A stretch of 64,000 nucleotides of DNA, taken from assembly GCA_951406725.2 (NCBI GenBank), contig OX597814.1:54684001-54748000 (forward strand), given 5' to 3'. Below, piece after piece: positions 25,875 to 38,760 of this stretch (the stretch's first letter is position 1; the number at the start of each line of letters is the position of its first letter). A model generated the notes under the pieces. It had not been told where the DNA came from. It worked only from the letters and a program-made list of their open reading frames with translations, and did not search any database. Made by a program: the position numbers and the translations under genes. Source of the stretch: Octopus vulgaris. Its lineage: Eukaryota.

Positions 25875-25913
25875 AAGAAAGACCGGTTTCGCGTGTAGCT
25901 TTTCAAATTTCTT
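25875..25913 (-). ncRNA. Variant minimal hammerhead motif
   Basis: aagaaa-TTTGAAAA-gc-tacac-gc-GAAA-ccgg-TC-tttctt. Confidence 0.65.
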
Positions 25914-26537
25914 GCGACGTTATGTTCATGTTGAATAGAGTTTTCGTTATGCTTATGTTCAGGAGAGTTCTAAATAAGGGAAGGTAGTGAGTGATTTCTT
26001 CCGGTGTAAGGGAGATAATCGCTTAAAAATTTTTTACTTTCCCTTGGTGTGAATTTCTCTGTATCAGTATGTTCGGATGGTTGAGTCTGGGCTTGTACTT
26101 TTCAATGAAGAATGTTTCCTTGTTTAGTCTGATTTGTGTTGATGATCCGAAAGCACATTGGTAAAATGGAAAGATTAAAAATTGTGGTAGTAGTTGCTTT
26201 GCGCATTTCTCAATGTGCTCACTAAAAGGTATCATTCTATATTCTGGGAATGCAATCTGTTGTCGATGCAGTGTGCATCTACGTCTGGGAATGCAATCTG
26301 TTGTCGATGCAGTGCGCATCCACGGGACTATCACTCAGACGTAGATGCACACTGCATCGACAACAGATTGCATTCCCAGAATATAGAATGATACCTTTTA
26401 GTGAGCACATTGAGAAATGCGCAAAGCAACTTCTACTACAATTTTTAATCTTTCCATCACTCACTACCTTCCCTTATTTAGAACTCTCCTGAACATAAAC
26501 ATAACGAAAACGCTATTCAACATAAACATAACGTCGC

Positions 26538-26576
26538 AAGAAATTTGAAAAGCTACACGCGAAACCGGTCTTTCTT
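26538..26576 (+). ncRNA. Variant minimal hammerhead motif
   Basis: Identical to the 25875-25913 copy; perfect 6-bp stem I, palindromic ccgg loop III, GUC site. Confidence 0.65.
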
Positions 26577-26694
26577 TTAAATTATGTCATTATAAGATGA
26601 AAAAAAAAAAAATTTCTAATATTCTTCAGACATATTGACGCAAATATATATATTTTTTAACATTTAAGCCTTCTGTAGTTTTTTCATTCTTTAC

Positions 26695-26700
<6 letters not shown>

Positions 26701-26748
<48 letters not shown>

Positions 26749-26757
26749 GTTTATAAA

Positions 26758-26840
<83 letters not shown>

Positions 26841-26849
26841 TATATACAT

Positions 26850-26917
<68 letters not shown>

Positions 26918-26964
26918 TATATATATAAATAATTTATAAACATATATATAAATATGTATATATA

Positions 26965-26998
<34 letters not shown>
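26701..26998. repeat. Long interrupted (TA)n array
   Basis: Directly visible. Confidence 0.97.
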
Positions 26999-27000
<2 letters not shown>

Positions 27001-27149
27001 CGCAGGAGTGGTTGTGTGGTAAGAGGCCTGCTTCCCAACCACACAGTTCCTGTTTCAGTGGCATCTTGGGCAGCTGTCTTCTACTATAGACTCGGGCCAA
27101 CCAAAGCTTTGTGAGTGAAGTTGGTGGACGGAAACTGAAAGAAGCCCGT

Positions 27150-27150
<1 letters not shown>
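26999..27150 (+). mobile_element. tRNA-derived SINE family B, 5' half
   Basis: ggcgcaggagtggttgtgtggtaag..cttgggcagctgtcttctactatag..ggaaactgaaagaagcccgtc. Confidence 0.9.
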
Positions 27151-27204
<54 letters not shown>

Positions 27205-27212
27205 GTATGTAT

Positions 27213-27780
27213 ATGCGACTCTGTACTGTTTTCTCTCTCATCTTTTCTCTAATTATCTTTTTTCTTACCCTTCACCCTTTTCTATCTGTTTCCCCTCCCT
27301 TTTCTCCATTTCTTTCTCTCGTTGTTCACACGTGACCATCATCCATCTTTCTCTTCCTCACGTGATCATCTTTCTTATCTTTCAAAACTGTCTTAAAGAC
27401 AGCACGTATCTTATCTCTCTCTTCTATCTTTTCTCTTGTCAAAGAAAATAGCGTTCTCCAGCGTTCGATATTTTACCCTCGTTCTAGTCTAACGACCCAC
27501 CATGTTTGTTTTCGTTCGATGTCCTTGTATGTCTCTACTGTCCTGTTTTTGTTCCCAACTTCGACCCTCCATGATTCCTAAATTATATTTTGGCATTTAT
27601 GGGAGTAACTGCCTTCGAAGACTCATATTATCATTCAATGCTCGAAATGAGGAGTAGAGAGGCAGCCGACAACTAATGAAGGGTTGTTCTTATGGTACTT
27701 GTCCTGTTTTTCATTTGTTTCTCTCGTTGTTTGCGTATTGAACTCATCTGCTTTCGTATTTCTTGTTGTTTACTGTTGGT
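27213..27780 (+). mobile_element. Pyrimidine-rich dispersed repeat, probable Penelope pLTR derivative
   Basis: Degenerate hammerhead-like ctgcc-ttcgaaga..atgctc-gaaa..aggcag then ctaatgaaggg; related to 31009-31436 (-). Confidence 0.5.
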
Positions 27781-27801
27781 AAACACACACACATATATAT
27801 G

Positions 27802-27842
<41 letters not shown>

Positions 27843-28103
27843 ATCACTGTATAAACTGTATCGACCGTTGTAATACCCCGCTGGTCACAATAATGCGCTT
27901 CCTTGCATTGTTGTAACTGCCTAATGCTGCCGGTCCGTTGTATTCACAGGATTGCATTGTTTGATTCGTTTTTACATTTTTAAGACAGTATAGTGCAATT
28001 TGAAGGAGAACAGCGTGTAATTTCTATCAAGTCGGTTGACCGAGTAGAAATTCCTTCGTAAGATTGTATTCTTTAAAGGAAACTCTACTGGTTTCAAACT
28101 GGA

Positions 28104-28224
<121 letters not shown>

Positions 28225-28356
28225 CATACACTGAAAGAGGGGCCTTCAGTAACAAAGTGCTTCTCTCTAGAGCGACTGTGCAACTGTGCAAACTACATAT
28301 TAAAATAGAAGTAACAACTGAAACTTAAATAACACCGTTATTCATATGAAAATAGA

Positions 28357-28543
28357 CTCTCTTTTACTTGTTTCAGTCATTTGACTGTGGCCAAGCTGGA
28401 GCACTGCCTTTAGTCGGTAAGCCTAGTACTTATTCTATCGGTCTTTTTTGCCGAACCGCTAAGTTACGGGGACGTAAACACACCAGCATCGGTAGTCAAA
28501 CGATGCTGGAGGGACAAACACAGACACACAAACATAAACACAC

Positions 28544-28586
<43 letters not shown>

Positions 28587-28771
28587 TAGATAGATAGATA
28601 CATATTTGCGAAGGGCTTCTTTCAGTTTCCGTCTACCAAATCCACTCACAATGCTTTGGTCGACTCGAGGCTACAGTAGAAGACACTTGCCCAATGTGCC
28701 ACGGAGTGGGACTGAACCCGAAACCATGTGGCTGGTAAGCAAGCTACTTACCACACAGACACTCCTACGCC
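28357..28771 (-). mobile_element. SINE family B, full length, with internal microsatellite
   Basis: Tail tacttgtttcagtcatttgactg; head cttaccacacagacactcctacgcc; central (CA)/(TA)/(GATA). Confidence 0.92.
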
Positions 28772-29408
28772 CATTATTAATAAATTTATTAATAATAAAC
28801 ATGAATGTAAATGTAAATTAATTAGATGTATCTGATATTTGAGAACCATTTCAGAAAGGATAATGTTATGGTACCAGGCTTAAACGATTAACTAACTTCT
28901 GCTTACAAAACCATTCTCCAAAATATGCAAGAAAGTTGCATTACCTAACACAATATAAAGCAAATAAATAAATCCTATATAAGAAAGTTTTTCTGGAGTT
29001 GCACTCTTTATCGCTTTCCTTTTCTTTCCTTGACTATTTTCCCTCGTTCTTTCTTTAAATGCACATACAAATAAACACTAACACCATCACACAACTCTTT
29101 GCGAAGCCGTTGGTGAAGCCAGCATATACTTCTGCGACCGTCTGCTTGCTAGAAACACGATCGTGCCTGCAGAACATATTATATTATGCATTTATTTCAA
29201 TATGTCACTGGATGATATTTTCAAGTGTCTCATGTTTAGATGTTTTTATAAGTCGTTATAATATTGTTTTAACAGTTTAAAATTTTGTTCACACTTATTG
29301 AGTTTTCTGCTCATCCCCAAACACAAAAGAAATGCATTTGTCATATTGTCATAATTGCTAATATTTCTTTTATATATATATTTATATAAATGTATGTATA
29401 TATAATTT

Positions 29409-29476
<68 letters not shown>

Positions 29477-30239
29477 TACATGTATATACACATACACACA
29501 TATATATATGTGTGTGTATTATTGTATTTCTGTTTCCTGTATGATATTGCTCATAGCTGTGTCAGAGATGGCTGACTAAATGAAGGAAGTGACACTTATA
29601 ATGTTTGCCAGAAAATTTAGGTCACTTAATTTTTAAAATTTACCATTAAATATTAAACTGTCTTCTTTAAACGGAGGTACCAATATTGAAATAAAATAGA
29701 GAAATAATTGATAGAATTAGATATGAAGTAATCTAAACATCATCCTACGGAGAAGTTTAATAATATCGTAATAAACGGTGTTATACCAAATATGGATTGC
29801 CTCAAATGTTTTGATAGACTAGAGTTTTATCTGTAAATCAAATTACATGTTAAGGTACGATCCAGGTATGGTGTGGGAGACAAGGAAACCGATAGTCGAG
29901 TGCGTCGGCAAAAGATATTTCATGAAAATCGGAGACAAAAGCAAATTATAGTTTATTTGCCAAGAGGAGTGAAGATTCCAGCGTTTTGGGTATTTGTCCT
30001 TCATCAGAGAGAAGAAGATTTTGTAAGAAATGTCTTGAATTACAAAGAGGTAAGAGGATCAGTTAGCTTGTGTGACTTCTACTCCTCTATGAGTATCCAT
30101 ATATTTCTTTCTTTCTTCTAAATACATGTGTATGTATGTATGTATGTATGTATGTATGTATGTATGTATGTATGTATGTATGTATGTATGTATGTATGTA
30201 CGTATGTATGTATGTATGTATGCATATATTCTGTTACCC

Positions 30240-30611
30240 TGTTACTTGTTTCAGTTATTTAACTGCGGCTATACTAGAGAACTACCTTAAAGGGATTTCA
30301 GTCGCAGAAATCGACCCCAGGACTTTTTTTTATGCCTAGTACTATGTCTCTATCAGTCTCTTTTGCCGAATCATTAAGTTAGTGGACGTAAACACATCAA
30401 CATTGGTTGTCGAGCGATGGTTGGGGGACAAACACAGACAAAAAAGCACACATACATACATAAATACATACACTCACACACATATACGACGGGTTTCTTT
30501 CAGTTTCTGTCTACCAAATCCATTCACAAGGTTTTGGTTAGCCCGAGGCTAAAGTAGAAAACATTTACCCGGAACCATGTGGTTGAGAAGCAAGCTACTT
30601 ACCACACCGCC
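30240..30611 (-). mobile_element. SINE family B
   Basis: Same head and tail blocks as 28357-28771. Confidence 0.88.
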
Positions 30612-30941
30612 ACATACATACATGCATACACACACACACACATACATACATACATACATACATACATACATACATACATACATACATACATACATACATA
30701 CATACATACATACATGCATACATACATACATACGTACATACATGTAGATATGTATGTGTGTGTTTGTGTGTGTATGCCTGTGTGTGCTTAATATATATAT
30801 ATATATATATAAACTTACTTGGAGAACAGAAAAGAAACGAAACGACGCGAGGGCGGTCAGTCATGCAATAATTTAATAAATAAAATATATGCATACATAC
30901 ATACATATATGTACGTACCTACATCTACATGTATATATACA

Positions 30942-30999
<58 letters not shown>

Positions 31000-31008
31000 A
31001 TATATATG

Positions 31009-31436
31009 AGTACAGGACATCACAAATAGACGTAGAACTCAACGAGAAACGAAAACGTAAAAACAAACATGGAAACGGACTTTTTTTAACAACGAAAAAA
31101 CAGAATACAAGACAAACAATACAAAGAAAATTCCCCTTCATCAGCTGTCTCTAGTTCGACTCCATGCGTGTTTCGAAGGTAAGGACAGAACACGACCCGT
31201 CGAACCAGCCCTTCCTGCGAAAGAATTAAATAAAATTCCTTTGCAGAGGGGTAAAAACAAGGAAAGAAAAAAAATGTGACAAAAACAGGACGTAAAAGCA
31301 ATACAAATAAAAATACAAATACAAAAAAATACAGTACAAATAAAGAATAAAAACAGGACAAGGAAACAAACAGTGAGGGCCTTTTTTTAGCCTAGACGAT
31401 GGAAAAATTCAAGAGCGCAGAAAAAAAGCCATGCTC
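31009..31436 (-). mobile_element. Pyrimidine-rich dispersed repeat, probable Penelope pLTR derivative
   Basis: Minus strand ccttcGAAAcacgcatggagtc..cagCTGATGAagggg followed by a T-rich tail, as in 27213-27780. Confidence 0.5.
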
Positions 31437-31584
31437 ACATATATATATATATATCCTTATCCCTCTCTGCCTACATGACTTATTGTAACAAAGGCCTTCA
31501 CTCATGCTCAGCGTACAGGTCATTACTGAATATATAAAACAAACCATGCATTAATATACTCATGACCAGATACATGCTTAAGTG

Positions 31585-31733
31585 CTGGCTTTAATTGTAA
31601 ATATTTACCGACCACATGGTTCCAGGTTCAGTTCCACTCCGTGGCACCTTGGGCAAGTGTCTTCTACTATAGACTCGGGCCAACCAAAGCCTTGAGAGTG
31701 GATTTGGTAGACTGAATTCGAAAGAAGTCCATC

Positions 31734-31734
<1 letters not shown>
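31585..31734 (+). mobile_element. SINE family B 5' half
   Basis: accacatggttccaggttcagttccactccgtggcaccttgggcaagtgtcttctactatag. Confidence 0.88.
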
Positions 31735-31780
<46 letters not shown>

Positions 31781-32038
31781 TATATATGTGTGTGTGTGTA
31801 TGTGTGAATATTTATATATATATATACATATATGTGTGTGTGTGAAGGCTTTCCTATCCACGTGGATAGGAAAGCCTTCTTTTCTATGTCCATGGCTTAT
31901 ATGCCCCTTTATTAGACCATTTTCCTTAGTCATTGCACAGTGATAACCATAAGCTTTAAGATTGTATAAAAATACCACTATTATTATTTACAAGATTGTA
32001 AACTCGGCACTGTATAAAAAGCCATTCGTACTGAAAGA

Positions 32039-32072
<34 letters not shown>

Positions 32073-32250
32073 TTATAAACATATTCATACTTAAATATAC
32101 ATACATACACGCACTAACACATATTTTATATGTATACTTCTACAAATACGCAAACATATTACTGGGATACCTTGTGTGTTTCAGGAAACCGGTTAAACTC
32201 GTGTATTAACTTCTTCAGTAAATGATACATAGTTGGAATTTAACTGAAAC

Positions 32251-32356
<106 letters not shown>

Positions 32357-32594
32357 ATTTCTATCTGAACCAATGAATAGAAATGACATTTCTGGTAATT
32401 TTTTTCCATTTCGCAACTCGTTTTTTATACACATACCAATTTATAAATATCTAATTGTTAAAGTGAAAAAGTTATCAGAAAAGTCATTTCTATTCATATT
32501 TTCGGATACATAATACTGTACCAAGGACTCTATTTCTAATTTTACTATACATACATACACATATATATATATCGACTTACCCTTCCCCACGTTA

Positions 32595-32627
<33 letters not shown>

Positions 32628-32953
32628 CGCACATACACCTATTTATATATACTCTCATCCTTAAAGTACGAGGCGTCAGTGAGTGGTTCAAATGTCACAG
32701 AATTGAGATCTCCCCACCAACTACATTTTTAATTGCATTCAGACTTAGTATTATATCTTTTCTCAAATGACATCGGGTTAGAGATCTTAGTGCGGGAATC
32801 TAGCAAAGTCTCAAATAAAATAAATCTAGATCGCTATGAGTCAATATAAATAGACTGAATACAAAAGAAACAAGAAGACATTCGACGCTTTAAAAATATT
32901 TATCTCTCTCATACATACATTCATGCATGCATACATACATACATACATACACG

Positions 32954-33038
<85 letters not shown>

Positions 33039-33129
33039 TTAATTCCATTTGTTTTTCACTTTACATACACTTTTATCAGCTTTTTGTAAGATTTCTGCTT
33101 CAAATGTGCATTCCAGATATATCTTGAAA

Positions 33130-33287
33130 ACTGCGGCTTGGGTTCAATTCCACTGAACGACACCCTAGGCAAGTGTTTTCTGCTATAGCCTCGGGCCCAC
33201 CGAAGCTTTGCGAGTGGATTTGAAAGACGACGTATATATACAAATGTGTGTGCGTGTGCGTCTGTGTATATGTGTGAAGTTAAGTGA

Positions 33288-33341
<54 letters not shown>

Positions 33342-33575
33342 ATGTGTGTGTGTATGTGCGCGTGCGCTGCGTCTGTGTGTTTGTCCCTCACCTACGGCCG
33401 ACAACTGGTTTTGGTTAGTATTTGGGCCCGTAACTTGGCGGCTCGATAAGTGACCCATATAAGAAGTACCAGATTTTAAATAAGCATCGGGTGAGATTTG
33501 TTCGACAAAACTCTTCATGGTAGTGCCCCAGTATGGCCGAAGTTCAATGACTAAAAAAGTTAGAAAGATAAAAGA
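33130..33575 (+). mobile_element. SINE family B (diverged)
   Basis: gggttcaattccactg..ggcaagtgttttctgctatagcctcgggcc..gtgccccagtatggcc. Confidence 0.82.
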
Positions 33576-33599
33576 TGCTAGCTGTAAAAACAGAAAAAA

Positions 33600-34010
33600 A
33601 CTGTATTTCTGCAGTTATTACTCTACTTTACGAGTATTTCTCCTCACAAACAGAACAGATTTGAATACCATATTTTCCCTGCTGTTGAAAGTAACTGACA
33701 TACTGTATCCTGTGAGTGATTTTTATACCAATCAGTCAGATAGTTCTTTTCTTTATGTGGCTTTGAGTATTTGTGCTTGCATCAGCAATATTGTCTCAGA
33801 TGTGAGAGCAATGCTCCATTGTGGACCTCACCCGAGCATTGTACAGTATCGATAATAATTGGAGGGACTCAAGTATCATTTGCCCTTGAAAAGAAGAGCC
33901 GTTAGCTGGTGTGCGGTACCAGCTTTCTAAAGGATGTTTGTTTTCTTCCAGAAGAGATCCTGATGAGAGTAAGTCATCTTGCTTTACGGAAACCGTATTA
34001 ATGATCATTA

Positions 34011-34052
<42 letters not shown>

Positions 34053-34460
34053 CAAGGAATTGGAATACATTATTGCTAATAGTTGTCTTCATTACATTAG
34101 AGACCTCAGTCGAGCGCTCCAAAGGAGGAGAGGCCGATGGAGTTTATGCTTTATCCTTGTTTGTCAGTGATTTGTTATGAGTAGACTGGTGTACATATTC
34201 TTTGTAAGCCTTCCTCAGACTACTGGAATTAAAAAAGGCGATGTTCAGTTTCAAATTCTGTAGATTGGTGTCTACAGGGAAGAGAAATACGAGGCGGGCG
34301 AGACTGGATTTCAGAAAGTAACAAGTCTGGCGAGAAATGACTGTGAAATGTATTCATTGTAGGGCCATAGGATGATACGCAAGAGGCAGAGGAATGTGTC
34401 ATTTAGGCAGTAAATCTGGTAGATTTCCTAGTTCAAAGCAGAGGCATTCGTGATAGTATG
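33600..34460 (-). mobile_element. Rearranged CR1-superclade LINE RT C-terminal remnants
   Basis: LSILYNARVRSTMEHCSHI (cf. LYKAQVRPTMEYCSHIW), YSMSVTFNS, VFLFPVDTNLQNLK. Confidence 0.75.
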
Positions 34461-35559
34461 CAAATAAATATAAAAATAAAATATCCTTTGAAAAGGTGTT
34501 AATATTAAATCATGAGATTATAATCTCATATATGAAAGAAAGCTTCTGTGAGTTGTAATGCGTCAGTATAGATAAGATAACGCCTTTTCTTATCAATGTT
34601 TATCAAAAGTTTTATATTTCGTGTTGGTATTTTATATGAGTTGAGTCTCCGCTGTATTTCACTTTCAACCGTTCTTCTCGAGAACATCAACTTCTTGGAA
34701 GTGCATCCTGGGCAACATTTCCCACCCCAATAACTAACCAAAAGAAGTGCAGTTGGAATACAAGCTTAATCGATCTCTCACCCTTGTGGAAAAAACCTCA
34801 AACTTTAATTGTCGACATACCTCTGGTCTGAAATAAATATAAAATTTTTATGTGTACCATTTCTCTTCTGACTTCATGTTTAGACTATTTGCAGCGTAAG
34901 ATCCCCTAAATAAAAATGCAATGCACTATGCACTATTTCGGATAAACGATACTTTTCTCAAATATAGTTAGCTAATTTTTTATAAACTTCTATTTAGACA
35001 TCGTATAATCTTATAGTTGCTCTAGCTTTTAAGATGATGGAAGCTCATTGTGGCCAGCGGTGTATAACAGCATCTGTGATAGTCTTATAGTCATGATACT
35101 GTGATAGTCTTATAGTCATAAAAGGTGATAAAACTCAAAATGCTCCCATGTTTCTGTCTCTACAAAGACATACATTGCTTAAGCCTGAGATATATAATGT
35201 ACTTCATGTATACATTCGAAATGTAACAATTGAACAAGAAGATAGAGTGATGGTTTAATTACAAAAGAGTCGGAAGTTTATCAATACTGCACTGTTTGTT
35301 TTAAAGATACTTAGTATTTAACGCAACAGATCATCTAACTGTTAATAGGTATTACAGGGCAGTATCGACCCCCGAAATCAGCAGGTGTATAGCATAACTT
35401 TAGTTTTTACTTTAATTATATTTTCGGAAAAGCGTAAAAAGAATTGCTTTTAATTTCTCTCCACAACAGCCAACTCCTGAAATTGCAAAGTTCAGCTTGA
35501 ATGTCTGCAGTTAGACACCTGCAGGCCAGGCATGCGCAGAGAAATCATAGTAGAAATGA

Positions 35560-36200
35560 GTATTGGAAATGCTTTAATCCGAGATCAGAAAGAATAAGAT
35601 AAGTAAGGATGGCAGTAGAGGAAAGGCGTTGAGAAGATTGGACATTGGGAGGGTGGTACACAGAATGTTGTTTTTAGAGGAGCGACTGAGAGAAGAAACA
35701 GAGTGCTTGTATGTAAAACATTGTGTTGTGATGGTGTATGAATAGTTATCAATAAACCGAATAGCCTTTTGGGAAGTGACCCAGGATATTTGTGTGATTT
35801 GTGTGTGTTTGGTAATCGTATCATCCCGCATACAGAAGGAATAGATCATACTAGTGTATTGTAGAGGACCAGAAGCTCGTAGTTTAAGTTCCGAAGAGGC
35901 AGGCTATTCTTTGGTATACTGTTTTTGCTGTTAGTTATATGAGGTCTTCATGAATCATTATAAGATTATATGGTGCTTATTCTTTAATGTGAGTTTAATA
36001 GTTTTAGCTGTGTATTGTTTATAAACAGTGGGAGTGCAGTGTAGTAAGATTGTTTTCTTGATATATCAATACTATATACTTCGTGCTGTTGAAAGTAACT
36101 GACATACTATATCCTTCTTGGCGGACGTTTACAAGGTGTCTGTTTATGGAAGCAGTAAAGTCTGGCGAGAGGCACCTAGATTTCGGGTGAAGATGACTAC
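35560..36200 (-). mobile_element. Further CR1-superclade LINE fragments
   Basis: gctgttgaaagtaactgacatact shared with ~33680; aagtctggcgaga shared with ~34323. Confidence 0.55.
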
Positions 36201-36654
36201 ACATAGAAGATTAGAAATGAGTAAAATATCATACCCCGAGTTTAAGTCTTAGGAGAAAGAATATCTTAGGAGAAAGATAATCGTTTAAGATTACTCGAAA
36301 GCCCAGTCTTTGGTAGCGCCTTTACAATCTAATTAATCATTATTCCACAAAAGACCAAAATATATTACATATTTTTCTAGATGAGTTACGAAAACAAAGC
36401 CCGTTAGAAAGCAGAGAGACAACATGCTACGGTCGTACAAGAATAACTGTAAGATTCGTGATTGAAGTAACCTTTTCTAAACAAAACACAGTGCCACCAA
36501 TGAGATAGCATACAAGACGTTCATCCGCCAAGCAAATGTTTGTGTACATTTTGTGAATTGTATATCAGACAAATTTATTGAGATAAATGATATAAATATA
36601 CCTTTCTGCAAATTTGAAACTATTTAAAACTGAGTTGAGAAGAGCAGCGTTAAA

Positions 36655-36765
36655 TAAAATGCCTTTTTTTTCAAGAACACGACGTGCTGCCTAGTCCAGA
36701 AATTGAACCTACAATTTTACGATCATGAGGCGAACAACGCTAACGACTAGGGCACGCACTTTCAC
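36655..36765 (-). mobile_element. tRNA-derived SINE head (family D, degraded)
   Basis: Minus strand gtgccctagtcgttagcg..ggttcaatttctggactaggcagc; A/B-box-like. Confidence 0.6.
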
Positions 36766-38368
36766 AGATGATACAAATATTAGCAAATATCATACAGCAG
36801 AAACGGTCCGCAAGGGTTATGTAGTTTGAATATCTACACTAATTTTCATTAGGACTTTTATACTCAACAATATTCTCAGTCCCATTAACACACTTCAGGA
36901 CTTGAACCCAGCACCGCAAACGAAATACTCGTCAATAATATAGAGTCGATAAGACAAAAGGCTAAAAGAAGTAATTTGCCAATAAGCCGAAAGCGAGGTG
37001 TAGTTTAAGTGTTCACTGGAAGCTTGTTTAGTACAGTTCTTATTTACCTATTTAGCAGAGTTCCTCTTTATCCAACAGCTTGTATGTCATTCATTTTCTT
37101 TATATAACTGAACTTATTGTATAACTGCTTTTAATTAGCGTTGTTTCAGTTATAGTCTCATAACAGAATACGAAGATGTTCCCTTGACAGAGACAGAATA
37201 ATTCTAGCTTAAACAAAAAGTACATTCAAACTGTCCGAGCGTTCTATAATAAATATAAATTTCTAAGTGACAGTTATATGATGTCTATGTTACATACGCT
37301 TCTCTCTCTGACAGCTGTTACCAGGGATAAAATATAACCGTAATATCCAGACCTTTGTTTTCTTTTTACTCAACAAAAATCCCTGATGACCTAGAAATAT
37401 AAGCAATTTCTTGTCCCTAAAATAGAAACTCATCTGCTATTCTATTTTAGGAAAAAGCAAATGTGAGCATGTTTTTTTTTCGCTCACTGTCTGGTATGAT
37501 TCTAAGTGTCAGAGTTGTTATAAGTCAAAGTAAATGCTACCCGGGTGAGAGGGAACTATAGTTGGTATGGTGATGGTAGAGGTTGATAGTGGTGAGAGAA
37601 TGGTAGAGGTGGCAGGAATCTAAAGTGTAGGGTAAGGAGGAGGAAGCAGATTGTAAAAAAAAGGCAATTTCGTTATGGAGGAGCAAGATTACCGCATCAA
37701 CAAACTAGCAAGGAATTCCTAAGATTAATTGAATCAGGATGCGATTCATTCTATTTTTTCTGCTGCTTTCCTTTCTAAGTCTATAGATGGTTGTATAACC
37801 ACAATCATTGTCAGAAGTAAACACAGTTACACACGCAAATGCTGACATAAATAATTATATAGACACACAAATATACTTATTTACTGATACACAGCTATGT
37901 ATGCAGATGTGTGTATAAACAAACTAAAATATATGCAAAAACTATATTTCATTTTGTTTCAGTATGGGGGCATTAATGTTTAAAACAAATAATTTTCTTC
38001 CACAGTACTAACGTGCAAAATTATTTTAGAAAAATGGAAATAAAAAAACTCGGTTCTTTTATATATTTACCAAGTGCATCGTATAATGGGAAAATAAGTA
38101 GGGACTTTATTTATTTTCTAAGTGCACAAGAATATAATAAGAAAATAACAACTAGGAACTATTATATATCTAACAATAATATAATTGGATTGACTATGAG
38201 CCAACGAGGACAACGATTTTAACTCTGGCCTAAGATATTCAGAATACCATAAATATTTTTACTTCTTAAAAAGTGAATGCATTTGAAACTTTTAGAGTGA
38301 GAAAGAAATTTTTTGTGACGTTCATGTCTTTCACAATATGTAGCAATAAAAATCGAAACAAAATTTCA

Positions 38369-38539
38369 GACGCAGGAGTGGCTGTGTGGTAAGTAGCTTG
38401 CTTACCAACCACATGGTTCCGGGTTAACTACCACTGCGTGGCAGCTTGGGCGAGTGTCTTCTACTACAGCCCCGGGCCGACCAAAGCCTTTTGAGTGGAT
38501 TTGGTTGACGGAAACTGAAAGAAGCCCGTCGTATATATG

Positions 38540-38585
<46 letters not shown>

Positions 38586-38760
38586 TGTGTGTCTGTTTGT
38601 CTCCCTAACATCGCTTGACAACCGATGATGGTGTATTTACGTCCCCATAACTTAGCGGTTCAGCAAAAGAGACCGATATGTCCTGGGGTTGATTTGCTCG
38701 ACTAAAGGCGGTGCTCCAGCATGGCCGCAGTGAAATGACTGAAACAAGTAAAGAGAGAGT
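38369..38760 (+). mobile_element. SINE family B, full length, young
   Basis: gacgcaggagtggctgtgtggtaagtagc..(TA)n..taaaggcggtgctccagcatggccgcagtgaaatgactgaaacaagta. Confidence 0.93.

Larger units (their letters stand above)
25744..26700. mobile_element. Head-to-head inverted duplication of a Neptune-type Penelope 3' end
   Basis: 25744-25995 pairs with 26456-26700 and 26166-26287 with 26336-26457; minus ORF RRRCTLHRQQIAFPEYR..SEHIEKCAK..RLNKETFFIEKYKPRLN is homologous to the 17037-17491 GIY-YIG. Confidence 0.93.

Noticed and set aside
35074-35119. 21-bp tandem duplication ctgtgatagtcttatagtcat
   Set aside because: Ordinary slippage duplication with no further structure
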